DNA of 58,892 nucleotides, counting the filler. It is 3 parts of 3 records of this genome, joined end to end, with 100 filler letters (N's around TTAATTAATTAA, not from the genome) between each part and the next. Parts side by side here need not be neighbours in the genome. Positions count along the whole stretch, not along the records: positions 19,932 to 27,313 come from SRR20825006_503; positions 27,414 to 58,892 come from SRR20825006_508; 1 more part is not named here. One strand, written 5' to 3'. Under the pieces are notes generated by a model. It searched no databases and was not told the origin of the DNA. It worked only from the letters and a program-made list of their open reading frames with translations. The position numbers were made by a program, and so were the translations under genes. This document shows, piece by piece, positions 21,319-29,543 of the stretch. Numbering within the stretch: position 1 is the stretch's first letter; each line of letters opens with the position of its first letter.

Positions 21319-21366
21319 TGCACAGCAACGGTGCACTCAATAAGTGCAAAGCACTAAAATAGTGCA
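21319..21366. promoter_or_regulatory. Array of NtrC enhancer boxes
   Basis: TGCAC-AGCAACG-GTGCA, TGCAC-TCAATAA-GTGCA and AGCAC-TAAAATA-GTGCA lie about 60-110 bp upstream of the sigma54 promoter. Confidence 0.85.
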
Positions 21367-21605
21367 CCATTGTCTTCGCCCACTCGCAGCACCACAAAAA
21401 CCTCGTTGCCCTGCTCACCCATTTCCAGCACCTCGTGGCCGTTAATCCGGCACCAGGCCGGGATATCGCTCAACGCGCCGGGGTCGGTGCAGACCACTTT
21501 CAGCGTGTCGCCGGTGGCCAGGGTTCTTACCTTGTTCTGGGTCTTGATCACCGGCATGGGGCACAGCAACCGGCGCACATCCAGTTCGTGAAGGGGAGAG
21601 GTCAT
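21354..21605 (-). CDS. tusA: TusA family sulfurtransferase
   Basis: LDVRRLLCPMPV and TDPG...DIPAWC motifs. Confidence 0.88.
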   Translation of the reverse strand: MTSPLHELDVRRLLCPMPVIKTQNKVRTLATGDTLKVVCTDPGALSDIPAWCRINGHEVLEMGEQGNEVFVVLRVGEDNGALF

Positions 21606-21612
21606 CGTCGAA

Positions 21613-22698
21613 TCAGCCCACATTCCAGCTGGCCAGTACCGCATCCGGCTGTGCCGGCGCCACGGTAATCTCCCGCGCCACCCCGTCAGGGCTACGCACC
21701 TCCAGGGTCACCGTCTCTTCAACCCGCCCCTTGGAGTAACGGGCCACAATGGCAGCAGCCTGCTCCAGCTCCGCCTCGCTGCCGAATTCGCCATCCACCA
21801 GTGCCAACGGCCCCGGGCAGCTCACCGTAGTAAGGCTGGTGAACTGGTAACGATACCCTTCCAGAAAGCGGTTTTCGCCTTCTTCGCGGCTGATGATCAG
21901 CTTGTAATGGGGCTGCGGGCGCAGGTGACGACCCACTTTCAGCAGCATGATGTCATCCAGCTCGTAGCGACGCTCATTGCGGGCCTTCCACAGGTCGGCC
22001 AGCTTGTTGGAATAGGATTCATCGGTCAGGAAACAGCAACCGCCGGCGGGCTGGGCAAAGTCATCCAGCCCGAACTTGGCAGCCAGCGCCATCTGCGGCT
22101 TGCGATTGCGCCCGGAAAAGTCGTGCAGCTCATCGCGATTCACCCAGCCTTCGCGCTCGGGCAGGGTGGGCGGCAGGTTCTGGGCACACAGGGGGCGCAG
22201 CAGGCGATCATCCGCACCGGATTCCTGGCTAATGATCGGCATGGTTTCCTTGCGCTGGCTCTTCGGCCGCTGACCAATCACCTCACCGGTAACAATAAAA
22301 TCGAAGCCCCGGTCGCCCGCCAGCTCACGGGCCTTGTTAATCATCAGCGTGGCCTGGTTGACCATGAAAATCTTGCAGTCCAGGCAGGGATTCAGGTTGG
22401 CGCCGTAGCCATGCTTGGGGTTAAGCACCACATCCTTGTACTCCTCGGAGATATCAATGATGTGCATCTTGATACCCAGCTGCTCAGCGACCCACAAGGC
22501 GTTGTTGCGCTTTTCCTTGTCCTTGTCCTTTTTGCGGATGGCATGGGTATGCCCTTCCACGCAGAAGCCGGTGTAGAAGTTGACGCCTTCCACCTCGATG
22601 CCCTGCTCCTGCATGACTTTCACCGCCAGCATGGAGTCCAGTCCACCGGACACCAGAGCAATGGCGCGGCGCTTGATTGGTTGGCTTGCCTCTGTCAT
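21613..22698 (-). CDS. PP-loop tRNA thiolase-like protein (ThiI/MnmA-like, no THUMP domain)
   Basis: SGGLDS PP-loop at the N-terminus, plus NPCLDCK, TGEVIGQRPKSQ, LLRPL and PAGGCCFLT motifs and a C-terminal GRHLR...REEGEN domain. Confidence 0.8.
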   Translation of the reverse strand: MTEASQPIKRRAIALVSGGLDSMLAVKVMQEQGIEVEGVNFYTGFCVEGHTHAIRKKDKDKEKRNNALWVAEQLGIKMHIIDISEEYKDVVLNPKHGYGANLNPCLDCKIFMVNQATLMINKARELAGDRGFDFIVTGEVIGQRPKSQRKETMPIISQESGADDRLLRPLCAQNLPPTLPEREGWVNRDELHDFSGRNRKPQMALAAKFGLDDFAQPAGGCCFLTDESYSNKLADLWKARNERRYELDDIMLLKVGRHLRPQPHYKLIISREEGENRFLEGYRYQFTSLTTVSCPGPLALVDGEFGSEAELEQAAAIVARYSKGRVEETVTLEVRSPDGVAREITVAPAQPDAVLASWNVG

Positions 22699-22850
22699 CG
22701 AAAAACCTGCGTTGCTGTGGGGACAGCTCAAAAATTGGGCGGCGCAGTATAGCAATCGCGGGCCGAGGGCGCATCCTCCCGATGGCAGCCACACCGACCG
22801 GCTGTCACCCCATCGTCATGACGATCACCCACACTCGGCACCCCATGTGA

Positions 22851-23816
22851 TTGACCTTGCTTTGCTTTATGCGCTCAAGACTTCATTGGCTGCTGATGGT
22901 GTCGCTGTTTACCCTGATCGCCGCCGCGCTGGGCTGGTGGTGGCATACCCCCCACGGCCCCTGGCTGGTTCATCAGGAGCCCCTGGCCGGGCAGCGCATC
23001 TGCGCTGTGGGAGACGGTGGCTGGGGCAATGCCCCCTCCATGGCCGTGGGGCAGGCACTGGTGCATCTGGAATGTGATCAGGTGCGCTACCTGGGGGATC
23101 TTGTGTATCCGGACGGCATCACCAGTGCCGACGATCCCCTGCTGGAAAGTCGCTTCCTCACCCCCATGAAACCGGCCATGGACGCGGGCATTCCCTTCTA
23201 TCTGGTGCTGGGCAACCATGACTGGAAAGGCAGTGGCGAGGCCTGGCTGGAAGTGGCGCGGCGCTACCCACAAGTACACTTTCCCCACTTCTACTATTTT
23301 GAACAATGGCCGGACGCCTGCGCCTTCAGCCTGGAAACCACCTGGTTCGAAAAATGGTATTACTTCCGCCGCCAGGGCAGCTGGCTGGAACAGGCGAAGG
23401 AAACGGCCCGCCTGCATGGCTGCCGCTTCAGCCTGGGTTTTGCCCACCACCCCATGTTCAGCACCGGCTCCCACGGCGATGCCGGCGAGATGATCAACCT
23501 GTCACTCAAGCCAAAGCTGCTCGGCCACCTGGACCTGCTGGTGGGCGGCCATGACCACGTGCTGTCCGATGAGGGGGAATACCAGGGCACCCGTCAGCTG
23601 ATTTCCGGGGCCGCCAGCATCAACAACGACCTGGGGCATCCCAGTGAACAGCAACGCTTCACCCGCGCCACTCACGGCCTGGCCACCATTGATCTGGAGG
23701 ATGATAGCGGGACGATGCAAGCGGAGTACCGTTTTTACAGTGTGCAGGGGGATCCACAGGATCCATTGATCACACTACTCTGGCAGGGCACCCAACAGGG
23801 GGAAGGGATTCGCTGA
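22851..23816 (+). CDS. Calcineurin-like metallophosphoesterase with N-terminal membrane anchor
   Basis: GDGG, GDLVY, GNHD, HHP and GHDH motifs. Confidence 0.88.
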   Translation: MTLLCFMRSRLHWLLMVSLFTLIAAALGWWWHTPHGPWLVHQEPLAGQRICAVGDGGWGNAPSMAVGQALVHLECDQVRYLGDLVYPDGITSADDPLLESRFLTPMKPAMDAGIPFYLVLGNHDWKGSGEAWLEVARRYPQVHFPHFYYFEQWPDACAFSLETTWFEKWYYFRRQGSWLEQAKETARLHGCRFSLGFAHHPMFSTGSHGDAGEMINLSLKPKLLGHLDLLVGGHDHVLSDEGEYQGTRQLISGAASINNDLGHPSEQQRFTRATHGLATIDLEDDSGTMQAEYRFYSVQGDPQDPLITLLWQGTQQGEGIR

Positions 23817-23864
23817 AAGCGGCTGACGAAAGCAGCAAGCGACAGGCTTGCCGCTTGCTGGTCT

Positions 23865-24851
23865 TTATTCTTCTTCCGCCGGCACCGGGCCGGCCACCGC
23901 AAATTGCTGTTTGGCGAAGGCCACCCGTTCGGCCACTGGACGGGTTTCGTCTTTCAGGGCCTCAAGCTGTTTCTCGATAATCTGGCAACGGCGCAGCAGG
24001 CCATCGTCCATGGCGATCTGGATATTCAGACCCGGACGGGCATTCAGCTCCAGCATCATCGGCCCATGCTCGTGATCCATCACCAGATCCACCCCCAGAT
24101 AGCCCAAGCCAGTCAGGTCGTAGCAACGGGCCGCCAGCTCCAGGCATTCCTGCCAGTCCGGCACGGTCAGCCCGGCCACCGGGTTGGCGGTATCCGGGTG
24201 ACGCTCGATTTTCAGGTTGTGCCAGGTGCCATCCAGCGTGACCCCGGACGCCAGATCCAGGCCCACACCAATGGCGCCCTGGTGCAGGTTCGCCTTGCCC
24301 TGGGATTGCCGGGTAGGCAAGCGCAACATGGCCGCCACCGGGTACCCCTTGAGCACGATGATGCGAATATCCGGCACCCCTTCGAAGCTGATCCGGTTGA
24401 ACAGCTCGGTAGAACGCACCCGGTATTCGATCAGCGCCTGGTCGCGATGACCGCCGAGGGAATAGATACCGGAAATGATCCCGGAGATATGGTGTTCAAG
24501 TTCTTCGGTGGTAATGATGCGCCCGGAAGCGGAGCGGAAATAATCCTCGAAGCGATCGGCAATCACCATGATGCCGTCACCGCCGGCCCCTTGCGCGGGC
24601 TTGATCACGAAATCCCGGTGCTGCTCCACTACCCGGTGCAAGGTGCTGATGCCCTGCTCGGTGGCGATGGTGCCGTACATGTGCGGCACACGGATTCCCG
24701 CATCCAGCGCCATTTGCTTGGTCTGAATCTTGTCGTCCACCAACGGGTACAGGCTGCGTTTGTTATAACGCAGTATGTAATCGCCATTGCGCTGATTAAT
24801 GCCCATAACGCCACGGGCGCGCAGGGCCTTGCGGGTTTTCGACCAGAACAT
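23865..24851 (-). CDS. Alpha-L-glutamate ligase-like ATP-grasp protein (RimK-related)
   Basis: VDDKIQTK, FVIKPAQGAGGDGI, DIRII, ANLHQG, LGVD and LELNARPGL motifs. Confidence 0.9.
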   Translation of the reverse strand: MFWSKTRKALRARGVMGINQRNGDYILRYNKRSLYPLVDDKIQTKQMALDAGIRVPHMYGTIATEQGISTLHRVVEQHRDFVIKPAQGAGGDGIMVIADRFEDYFRSASGRIITTEELEHHISGIISGIYSLGGHRDQALIEYRVRSTELFNRISFEGVPDIRIIVLKGYPVAAMLRLPTRQSQGKANLHQGAIGVGLDLASGVTLDGTWHNLKIERHPDTANPVAGLTVPDWQECLELAARCYDLTGLGYLGVDLVMDHEHGPMMLELNARPGLNIQIAMDDGLLRRCQIIEKQLEALKDETRPVAERVAFAKQQFAVAGPVPAEEE

Positions 24852-26386
24852 CAGCGTTTATCCCCGTCCACCATGGCACGGAACCGCAACAGCTCGGTGA
24901 GGCGATAGCCCCGGTAGTGCCCCATCAGCACCATAATTGCGGCCAGGCACAGCAACACGCCCGGGAAGGTGAACACGAAATACACCAGCGGCTGCCACAC
25001 CATCAACAGGTGACAGAAGATGGCGGCCACCAGCGTGCCCAGTGCCACCTTCAGCGACTGGGTACCACCGCGCTCTTCCCAGACGATGGAGGTCCGCTCG
25101 ATCACCATGGTCAGAATCACCATGGGGAACAACGCCACCGACAAGCCCGAGCCCATGCCCAGCTTGTAGCCCAGCAGGCTGATCAACGCCATGGCAATCA
25201 CCACAAAGGTAAGCACCACGGAAAGCCGGGGTAATAACTGTAATTTTAGATGCTCGAGATACGAGCGCACCGACAAGCCGATGGCGGTGATGGAGGTAAA
25301 CAGCAATACCCCCCAGACTACCTGGGTTTCACGGAATGCCAGGGCGATCAGCACCGGAGTAAAGGTCCCCAGGGTTTCCATACCGATCAGCGAACGGATA
25401 AACAGCACCAACATAACGCCCACCGGGATCATCACCAGGATGCGGTACAGCTGCTGGGCAGGTAAGGGCAATTCGTAAAGGGAGAAATCGATAAAACTGC
25501 TTACGTCTTTCAAACGCAGGGACTGGGCCAGCTGCAACGCGCTCATTTCGTTCTCATGCACGCTGAAACTCACGTCCGCAGACTTGCCGCCTTCGATATT
25601 CAGCAGCGGCCCGGGACCACTCCACCAGACCAGACGGTCTTCCGGCAGGCCCTGCTGGCCATTGAGCGGATTGAAATAAAGCCATTTCTTGCCGTTAAAG
25701 CTGCGTAGCCACAGCTCCGGCTGCTGCTCCTGACTCTCCGCCAGGCGCAATGTATGTACCGGTTCAGCGGGGATATGCGCCACCGCCAACAGCAGATCAA
25801 TCACGCTGGCCCGATTCTCCGGGCTCACATCGCTGCCCAGCAGCAGCTGGACATTATCGTTTTCCAGCTCATTGACCCGCTTGATGGTCTCGCTGATAAA
25901 GGTTTCCACATCCGCCGAGTGCTGGCGAATCGGCTCCAGCAGAGCGTCAGCGGCCAGCTTGTCCGGGCCGTCCAGTGTCGGAGCCGGGCGGAATTGGGGG
26001 CCGGGGTCATTTTCCGGAGCATCCGCATAACGCGGCGTGAGCATGAGGCGGTAATAGAGGTACTGGTTGCCTTCGGCGCGACGGGACGACCAGGTCACTT
26101 GCCGGTTGCCTTTCTCCACATTCACGTTCACGCCGTAATTGTTGGAGATAAAACTTTCATTGAGGGTGGTATAGCCCACTCCCAGTGGCGGCACGAACAT
26201 GCGCACTTTGACGGGCTTGTTGGCCTTGGCCGAAAAAGACACCTGAGCATCAACGACCCACACCGGGTCCTTCTCGTCCTGGCTGAGCGGCACATTTTGT
26301 ACCAACAGCTGGTAAGCGATACTGCCGCCCCCCAACAAAAGCAGGAAAACGGCAAGCAGCCGCGCTTGCAACTTCACAGAACCCAT
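24851..26386 (-). CDS. Inactive transglutaminase fused to a 7-TM domain
   Basis: N-terminal TM, a soluble domain, then a C-terminal multi-TM region with GTFTPVLIALAF and LFPMVILTMVIER; coupled to the ATP-grasp gene. Confidence 0.85.
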   Translation of the reverse strand: MGSVKLQARLLAVFLLLLGGGSIAYQLLVQNVPLSQDEKDPVWVVDAQVSFSAKANKPVKVRMFVPPLGVGYTTLNESFISNNYGVNVNVEKGNRQVTWSSRRAEGNQYLYYRLMLTPRYADAPENDPGPQFRPAPTLDGPDKLAADALLEPIRQHSADVETFISETIKRVNELENDNVQLLLGSDVSPENRASVIDLLLAVAHIPAEPVHTLRLAESQEQQPELWLRSFNGKKWLYFNPLNGQQGLPEDRLVWWSGPGPLLNIEGGKSADVSFSVHENEMSALQLAQSLRLKDVSSFIDFSLYELPLPAQQLYRILVMIPVGVMLVLFIRSLIGMETLGTFTPVLIALAFRETQVVWGVLLFTSITAIGLSVRSYLEHLKLQLLPRLSVVLTFVVIAMALISLLGYKLGMGSGLSVALFPMVILTMVIERTSIVWEERGGTQSLKVALGTLVAAIFCHLLMVWQPLVYFVFTFPGVLLCLAAIMVLMGHYRGYRLTELLRFRAMVDGDKR

Positions 26387-27000
26387 TATAGCGCCTCGGC
26401 AGCCTCCATTGTCTCGTCGTCGCTCTCGACAACCTTGTCTTCACTATTGTCTTCACTGGCCTGACAACCGGGTTCGCCCACCGCCATCGATAGCGATGGG
26501 TCCACCAATGCGCCCAGGCCTTGCAGCGCTTCGGAGCCCATTAGCAACGGATAACGAAACTCGCTGCGGTCTGTCAGGTTAACTTCAATCTGTTCCTGGC
26601 GGTTGCCCATGCAAACCGTCAGGGTTACCACCGGACGACGGCTGTAGTCCCTCTCACCCGGCGACACACTTTCTGCCCGTCGCTTGATGCGCACATGCCC
26701 TGACAGTGGCAGCTCCACATCATCCCATTGTTCCGCGCTAATACCCCAATCTTCCCGGTCATCGCGGTCGATGGACAGGTCGAACTCGACCATTTCCACG
26801 CCATCCTGCTCAAAAGTACGGATGTAACGAGCGCTCAGGGAGGCAGAATCCGCCCCCGTATCCAGCTTGGCAGGTACCGTAATGCCCAACTCCTTGATAT
26901 GCACTTTTTCGTGCAAGCCATAAATCATCTTGCCGGATGAGTCGTCAGCCACCACCACCAAGGGCGCCAGCGCCAACAGCAAAGCAAGGAATGTGCGCAT
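26386..27000 (-). CDS. Exported RimK-associated aspartic peptidase (ATP-dependent zinc protease family)
   Basis: Signal peptide, AKLDTGA, RRPVV and VNLTDRSEFRYPLLMG motifs. Confidence 0.85.
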   Translation of the reverse strand: MRTFLALLLALAPLVVVADDSSGKMIYGLHEKVHIKELGITVPAKLDTGADSASLSARYIRTFEQDGVEMVEFDLSIDRDDREDWGISAEQWDDVELPLSGHVRIKRRAESVSPGERDYSRRPVVTLTVCMGNRQEQIEVNLTDRSEFRYPLLMGSEALQGLGALVDPSLSMAVGEPGCQASEDNSEDKVVESDDETMEAAEAL

Positions 27001-27205
27001 TATAACAACCTGATTGTAAAAGCATTACAGCCTGATCACGGGATTTCCGACCCAGCCTCTGACCGGTCCCCCGGAAAATGGTTGCGCCATTCTAGGCGAT
27101 CATTGAGCCTCTCGCAGGCTCAACCGTGAAATTTTGAACTTGTTCACAATTGCCAATCTTACGATAAAGGCTGACCGGCGGGCTATCACCCACACGCTAC
27201 GCTGC

Positions 27206-27219
27206 TATAATGCGCGCCC
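27206..27219 (+). promoter_or_regulatory. Sigma70 -10 box with GC-rich discriminator upstream of typA
   Basis: TATAAT followed by GCGCGCCC. Confidence 0.55.
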
Positions 27220-27268
27220 CTGCGAAACCGCTGGCACGGTTTCGCCCACCATATTTGGAGCAACACTA

Positions 27269-27313
27269 GTGATTGAACGTCTGCGCAATATCGCCATCAT
27301 CGCCCACGTTGAC
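27269..27313 (+). CDS. typA: Translational GTPase TypA/BipA, N-terminal fragment
   Basis: GTG start after the SD GGAG reads (M)IERLRNIAIIAHVD and is cut by the linker. Confidence 0.85.
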
Positions 27314-27413
27314 NNNNNNNNNNNNNNNNNNNNNNNNNNNNNNNNNNNNNNNNNNNNTTAATTAATTAANNNNNNNNNNNNNNNNNNNNNNNNNNNNNNN
27401 NNNNNNNNNNNNN
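27314..27413. other. Artificial contig linker
   Basis: 44 N + TTAATTAATTAA + 44 N. Confidence 0.99.
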
Positions 27414-27526
27414 CTTCCAGGGGACGAACCTTGCGCAGCAAGGCTTTTCTTCGCAGTGAAATCACCGCTTGTACACAACATCACCTCGCTTGGGCGAGGG
27501 TTCGTCCCCTGGAAGGGAACTCCTAC
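27414..27526. repeat. Inverted REP doublet (REPIN-like, GTAG type), left copy truncated
   Basis: CTTCCAGGGGACGAACC (27414-27430) pairs with GGTTCGTCCCCTGGAAG (27499-27515). The right copy reads GTAGGAGTTCCCTTCCAGGGGACG on the minus strand. Confidence 0.7.
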
Positions 27527-27544
27527 TATAGGGCCTGCAGGCTT

Positions 27545-28147
27545 CTAGAGCCCCGCCAGATCCAACTCATTATTAATCAGCACTACACACTGTGACGCAA
27601 ACAGCATAGTCGGCCCCAGGCTGATTTTTTCCGTACCCAGTCGCTTCAGGCTGTTGAAACTCTTTTTCGGCATGGGGATGTGGTCAGTGAGCAAAAAGCA
27701 CGGCTTCTCGGCAAAGGTGAGCTCGCGGATGCTTTCTCCCTTGGGGTCCATCATGTACAGCTGGTGCCCATCCTCAGCCAGCTCCTTTATCAGTTTTTCA
27801 AAGCTCTGCGTGCGCACGGTAATCCCGCTCTCCACCGCCTTCATCTGTTCCTTGCCCATGCCGGCAGAAGCATCCAATGCCCGCACCACCTTGGCCAGCA
27901 GCGCCTGCTCATGAAATCCGCCAATATCCCGCATTTCCGCCGCCACAAAGGAAAGCGTCCGGGAGTAATCCTGGGTGCTTTCCAGCACCAGATGCACCAC
28001 CGCATCGTTTCGATGCGATTGGGCCACAAAGATCGCATTCATTAGCGTGTGGGCGAGGATTTCGCTGTGGGCATCGCCGCCCACATTGGCCAGCAGGGTC
28101 TGGCTGTTGGTGGACGCCGCACGGGCGCGGAGAACAAAGGTGCGCAT
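27545..28147 (-). CDS. trmY: TrmY-like SPOUT methyltransferase
   Basis: MRTFVLRAR, IFVAQSHR, FLLTDHIPMP and KISLGPTMLFASQC motifs. Confidence 0.85.
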   Translation of the reverse strand: MRTFVLRARAASTNSQTLLANVGGDAHSEILAHTLMNAIFVAQSHRNDAVVHLVLESTQDYSRTLSFVAAEMRDIGGFHEQALLAKVVRALDASAGMGKEQMKAVESGITVRTQSFEKLIKELAEDGHQLYMMDPKGESIRELTFAEKPCFLLTDHIPMPKKSFNSLKRLGTEKISLGPTMLFASQCVVLINNELDLAGL

Positions 28148-28436
28148 GGGATAGGGCTCTGGAGAATGTGGGCGTGATTGTACAACAGTGGTTGTGTGAT
28201 CGTGGATATTCACGCCATGGGCCTGGCTGGTCGGCCGTTTTCAGCGGAACGTTCCGCATAACTCGGGGCCGAAATTTCAACACACTGATTTCACTCGACA
28301 TTCTAGTGCCGGGGATGGGGATAGCAGGAATGGAGTTCAAAGGAAGGTTCCTCTGAACTCCATGTAGGACATTGGCTATTTCACTGTAAGTGATTGTTAT
28401 GAGAGTATTTTGATATCGTTTGTGGGGCGGGTGGCT

Positions 28437-28491
28437 CGGAGTTATGCGGAACCGAGTTATAAGGAACGTTCTAACTAATACGCTGTTAAAT
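28437..28491 (+). mobile_element. Putative integron attI site
   Basis: Direct repeats GAGTTATGCGGAAC and GAGTTATAAGGAAC precede CTAACTAATACGCT-G|TTAAAT; the GTTRRRY core at 28485 opens the first cassette. Confidence 0.6.
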
Positions 28492-28732
28492 GCGTGATAA
28501 GGAAGAAATGAGTACGCCTGCAGAATATCATGGTGAAGAGAACATCGAATTCACCACACAGTTAATAATTCGATCCTATTCTCTACCATATCATGAGGCT
28601 AGAGAGTGGGCTGTTAAGGCGCTTGATGGGTTAGAGTCTCACGGCTTTGGTGCGGCCGATCATGGAGCAGTCCGTGAGGTGGTTCGCGTTGTTGTTTCAT
28701 CATGGTTGAAACAGGAAATAAATCCACAGTGA
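28490..28732 (+). CDS. Integron cassette 1, hypothetical 80-aa protein
   Basis: ORF fills the space between GTTAAAT (28485) and the inverse core ATTTAAC (28737). An alternative start lies at ATG 28508. Confidence 0.65.
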   Translation: MRDKEEMSTPAEYHGEENIEFTTQLIIRSYSLPYHEAREWAVKALDGLESHGFGAADHGAVREVVRVVVSSWLKQEINPQ

Positions 28733-28736
28733 AAGC

Positions 28737-28785
28737 ATTTAACAATGCCATGCATGCGACAAGCGCATGATGGCGGGCGTTATGC
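28737..28785 (+). mobile_element. attC recombination site (49 bp)
   Basis: ATTTAAC-AATGC-CATGCATG-CGACAAGCG-CATGATG-GCGGGC-GTTATGC gives the R''/L''/L'/R' architecture with one extrahelical base in L''. Confidence 0.85.
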
Positions 28786-28799
28786 GTAAGGATTAAGCA

Positions 28800-29300
28800 A
28801 TGAGTTCGTACGGAACGTTGATTTTCTTCTGTGGGAAGATGGGAGCAGGAAAAAGTACTTTGTCTGGCAAAATCGCTCGTGAGCGGGAAGCCGTGCTTAT
28901 TTCAGAGGATGAGTGGTTAGCCGCGCTGTTCCCCGGCGAGATCAAAGATTTCAAGGGTTACATTAGTTACTCAGCTCGTCTTAAGCCAGTGTTGAGATCG
29001 CACATTGAACAAGTGCTCTTGGCTGGTACCTCTGTGGTCCTGGATTTTCCTGGCAACACCCGGAAGCAAAGAGCTTGGTTCAAAGATATATACTCGCAAC
29101 ACGGTATTCCTCATGAACTGTACTATTTATCGGTAGACGATGAAGTTTGTTTAAAGCAGCTTAAACAGCGGCAGAAAGAACAACCTGAACGAGCACAGTT
29201 CGACACAGAGGAAGTCTTCAAGATGGTAACAGGTTACTTTGAGCCGCCCGAAGAGTCGGAAGCGTTCAATCTCCAGATTGTAGAACGAAAGTCCGCATAA
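28800..29300 (+). CDS. Integron cassette 2, small P-loop kinase/AAA_33-type protein
   Basis: CGKMGAGKST Walker A, ISEDEW and VVLDFPGNT motifs. The stop TAA lies inside the inverse core GCATAAC. Confidence 0.85.
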   Translation: MSSYGTLIFFCGKMGAGKSTLSGKIAREREAVLISEDEWLAALFPGEIKDFKGYISYSARLKPVLRSHIEQVLLAGTSVVLDFPGNTRKQRAWFKDIYSQHGIPHELYYLSVDDEVCLKQLKQRQKEQPERAQFDTEEVFKMVTGYFEPPEESEAFNLQIVERKSA

Positions 29301-29320
29301 CAAGCGGCTGTTGCCGGATG
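29295..29320 (+). mobile_element. Truncated attC (left arm only)
   Basis: CGCATAAC is complementary to the cassette start GTTATGCG. It is followed by AAGCG-GCTGTTGC, but no matching L'/R' arm follows. Confidence 0.6.
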
Positions 29321-29543
29321 CTGTAATTCCCCCGCTTTAGTGGTCACCTTCTCCTAAAAAGAGAACCTGGTCTGTTTTTTGTGGCTGTTGGTGACAGCAC
29401 AATTGATTTGACCAAGGCAAGACTGGAAATTCAGTAACGGTTTCTATGCACGGAACCGCTAGCAGGAACCGGGGTTTGTTCTTTTCAAGTGCCTTGAATA
29501 AAGCAATATGACCTGACTCCAGCGCTCCTCCAGGAAATAACTC

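Noticed and set aside
27231-27247. Sigma54-like TGGCACGGTTTCGC upstream of typA
   Set aside because: The GG-to-GC spacing is 9 rather than the strict 10, and a sigma70 -10 box explains the promoter better.
27909-28340. 143-aa minus-strand ORF as an intI remnant
   Set aside because: It has no tyrosine recombinase motifs and overlaps trmY in another frame.
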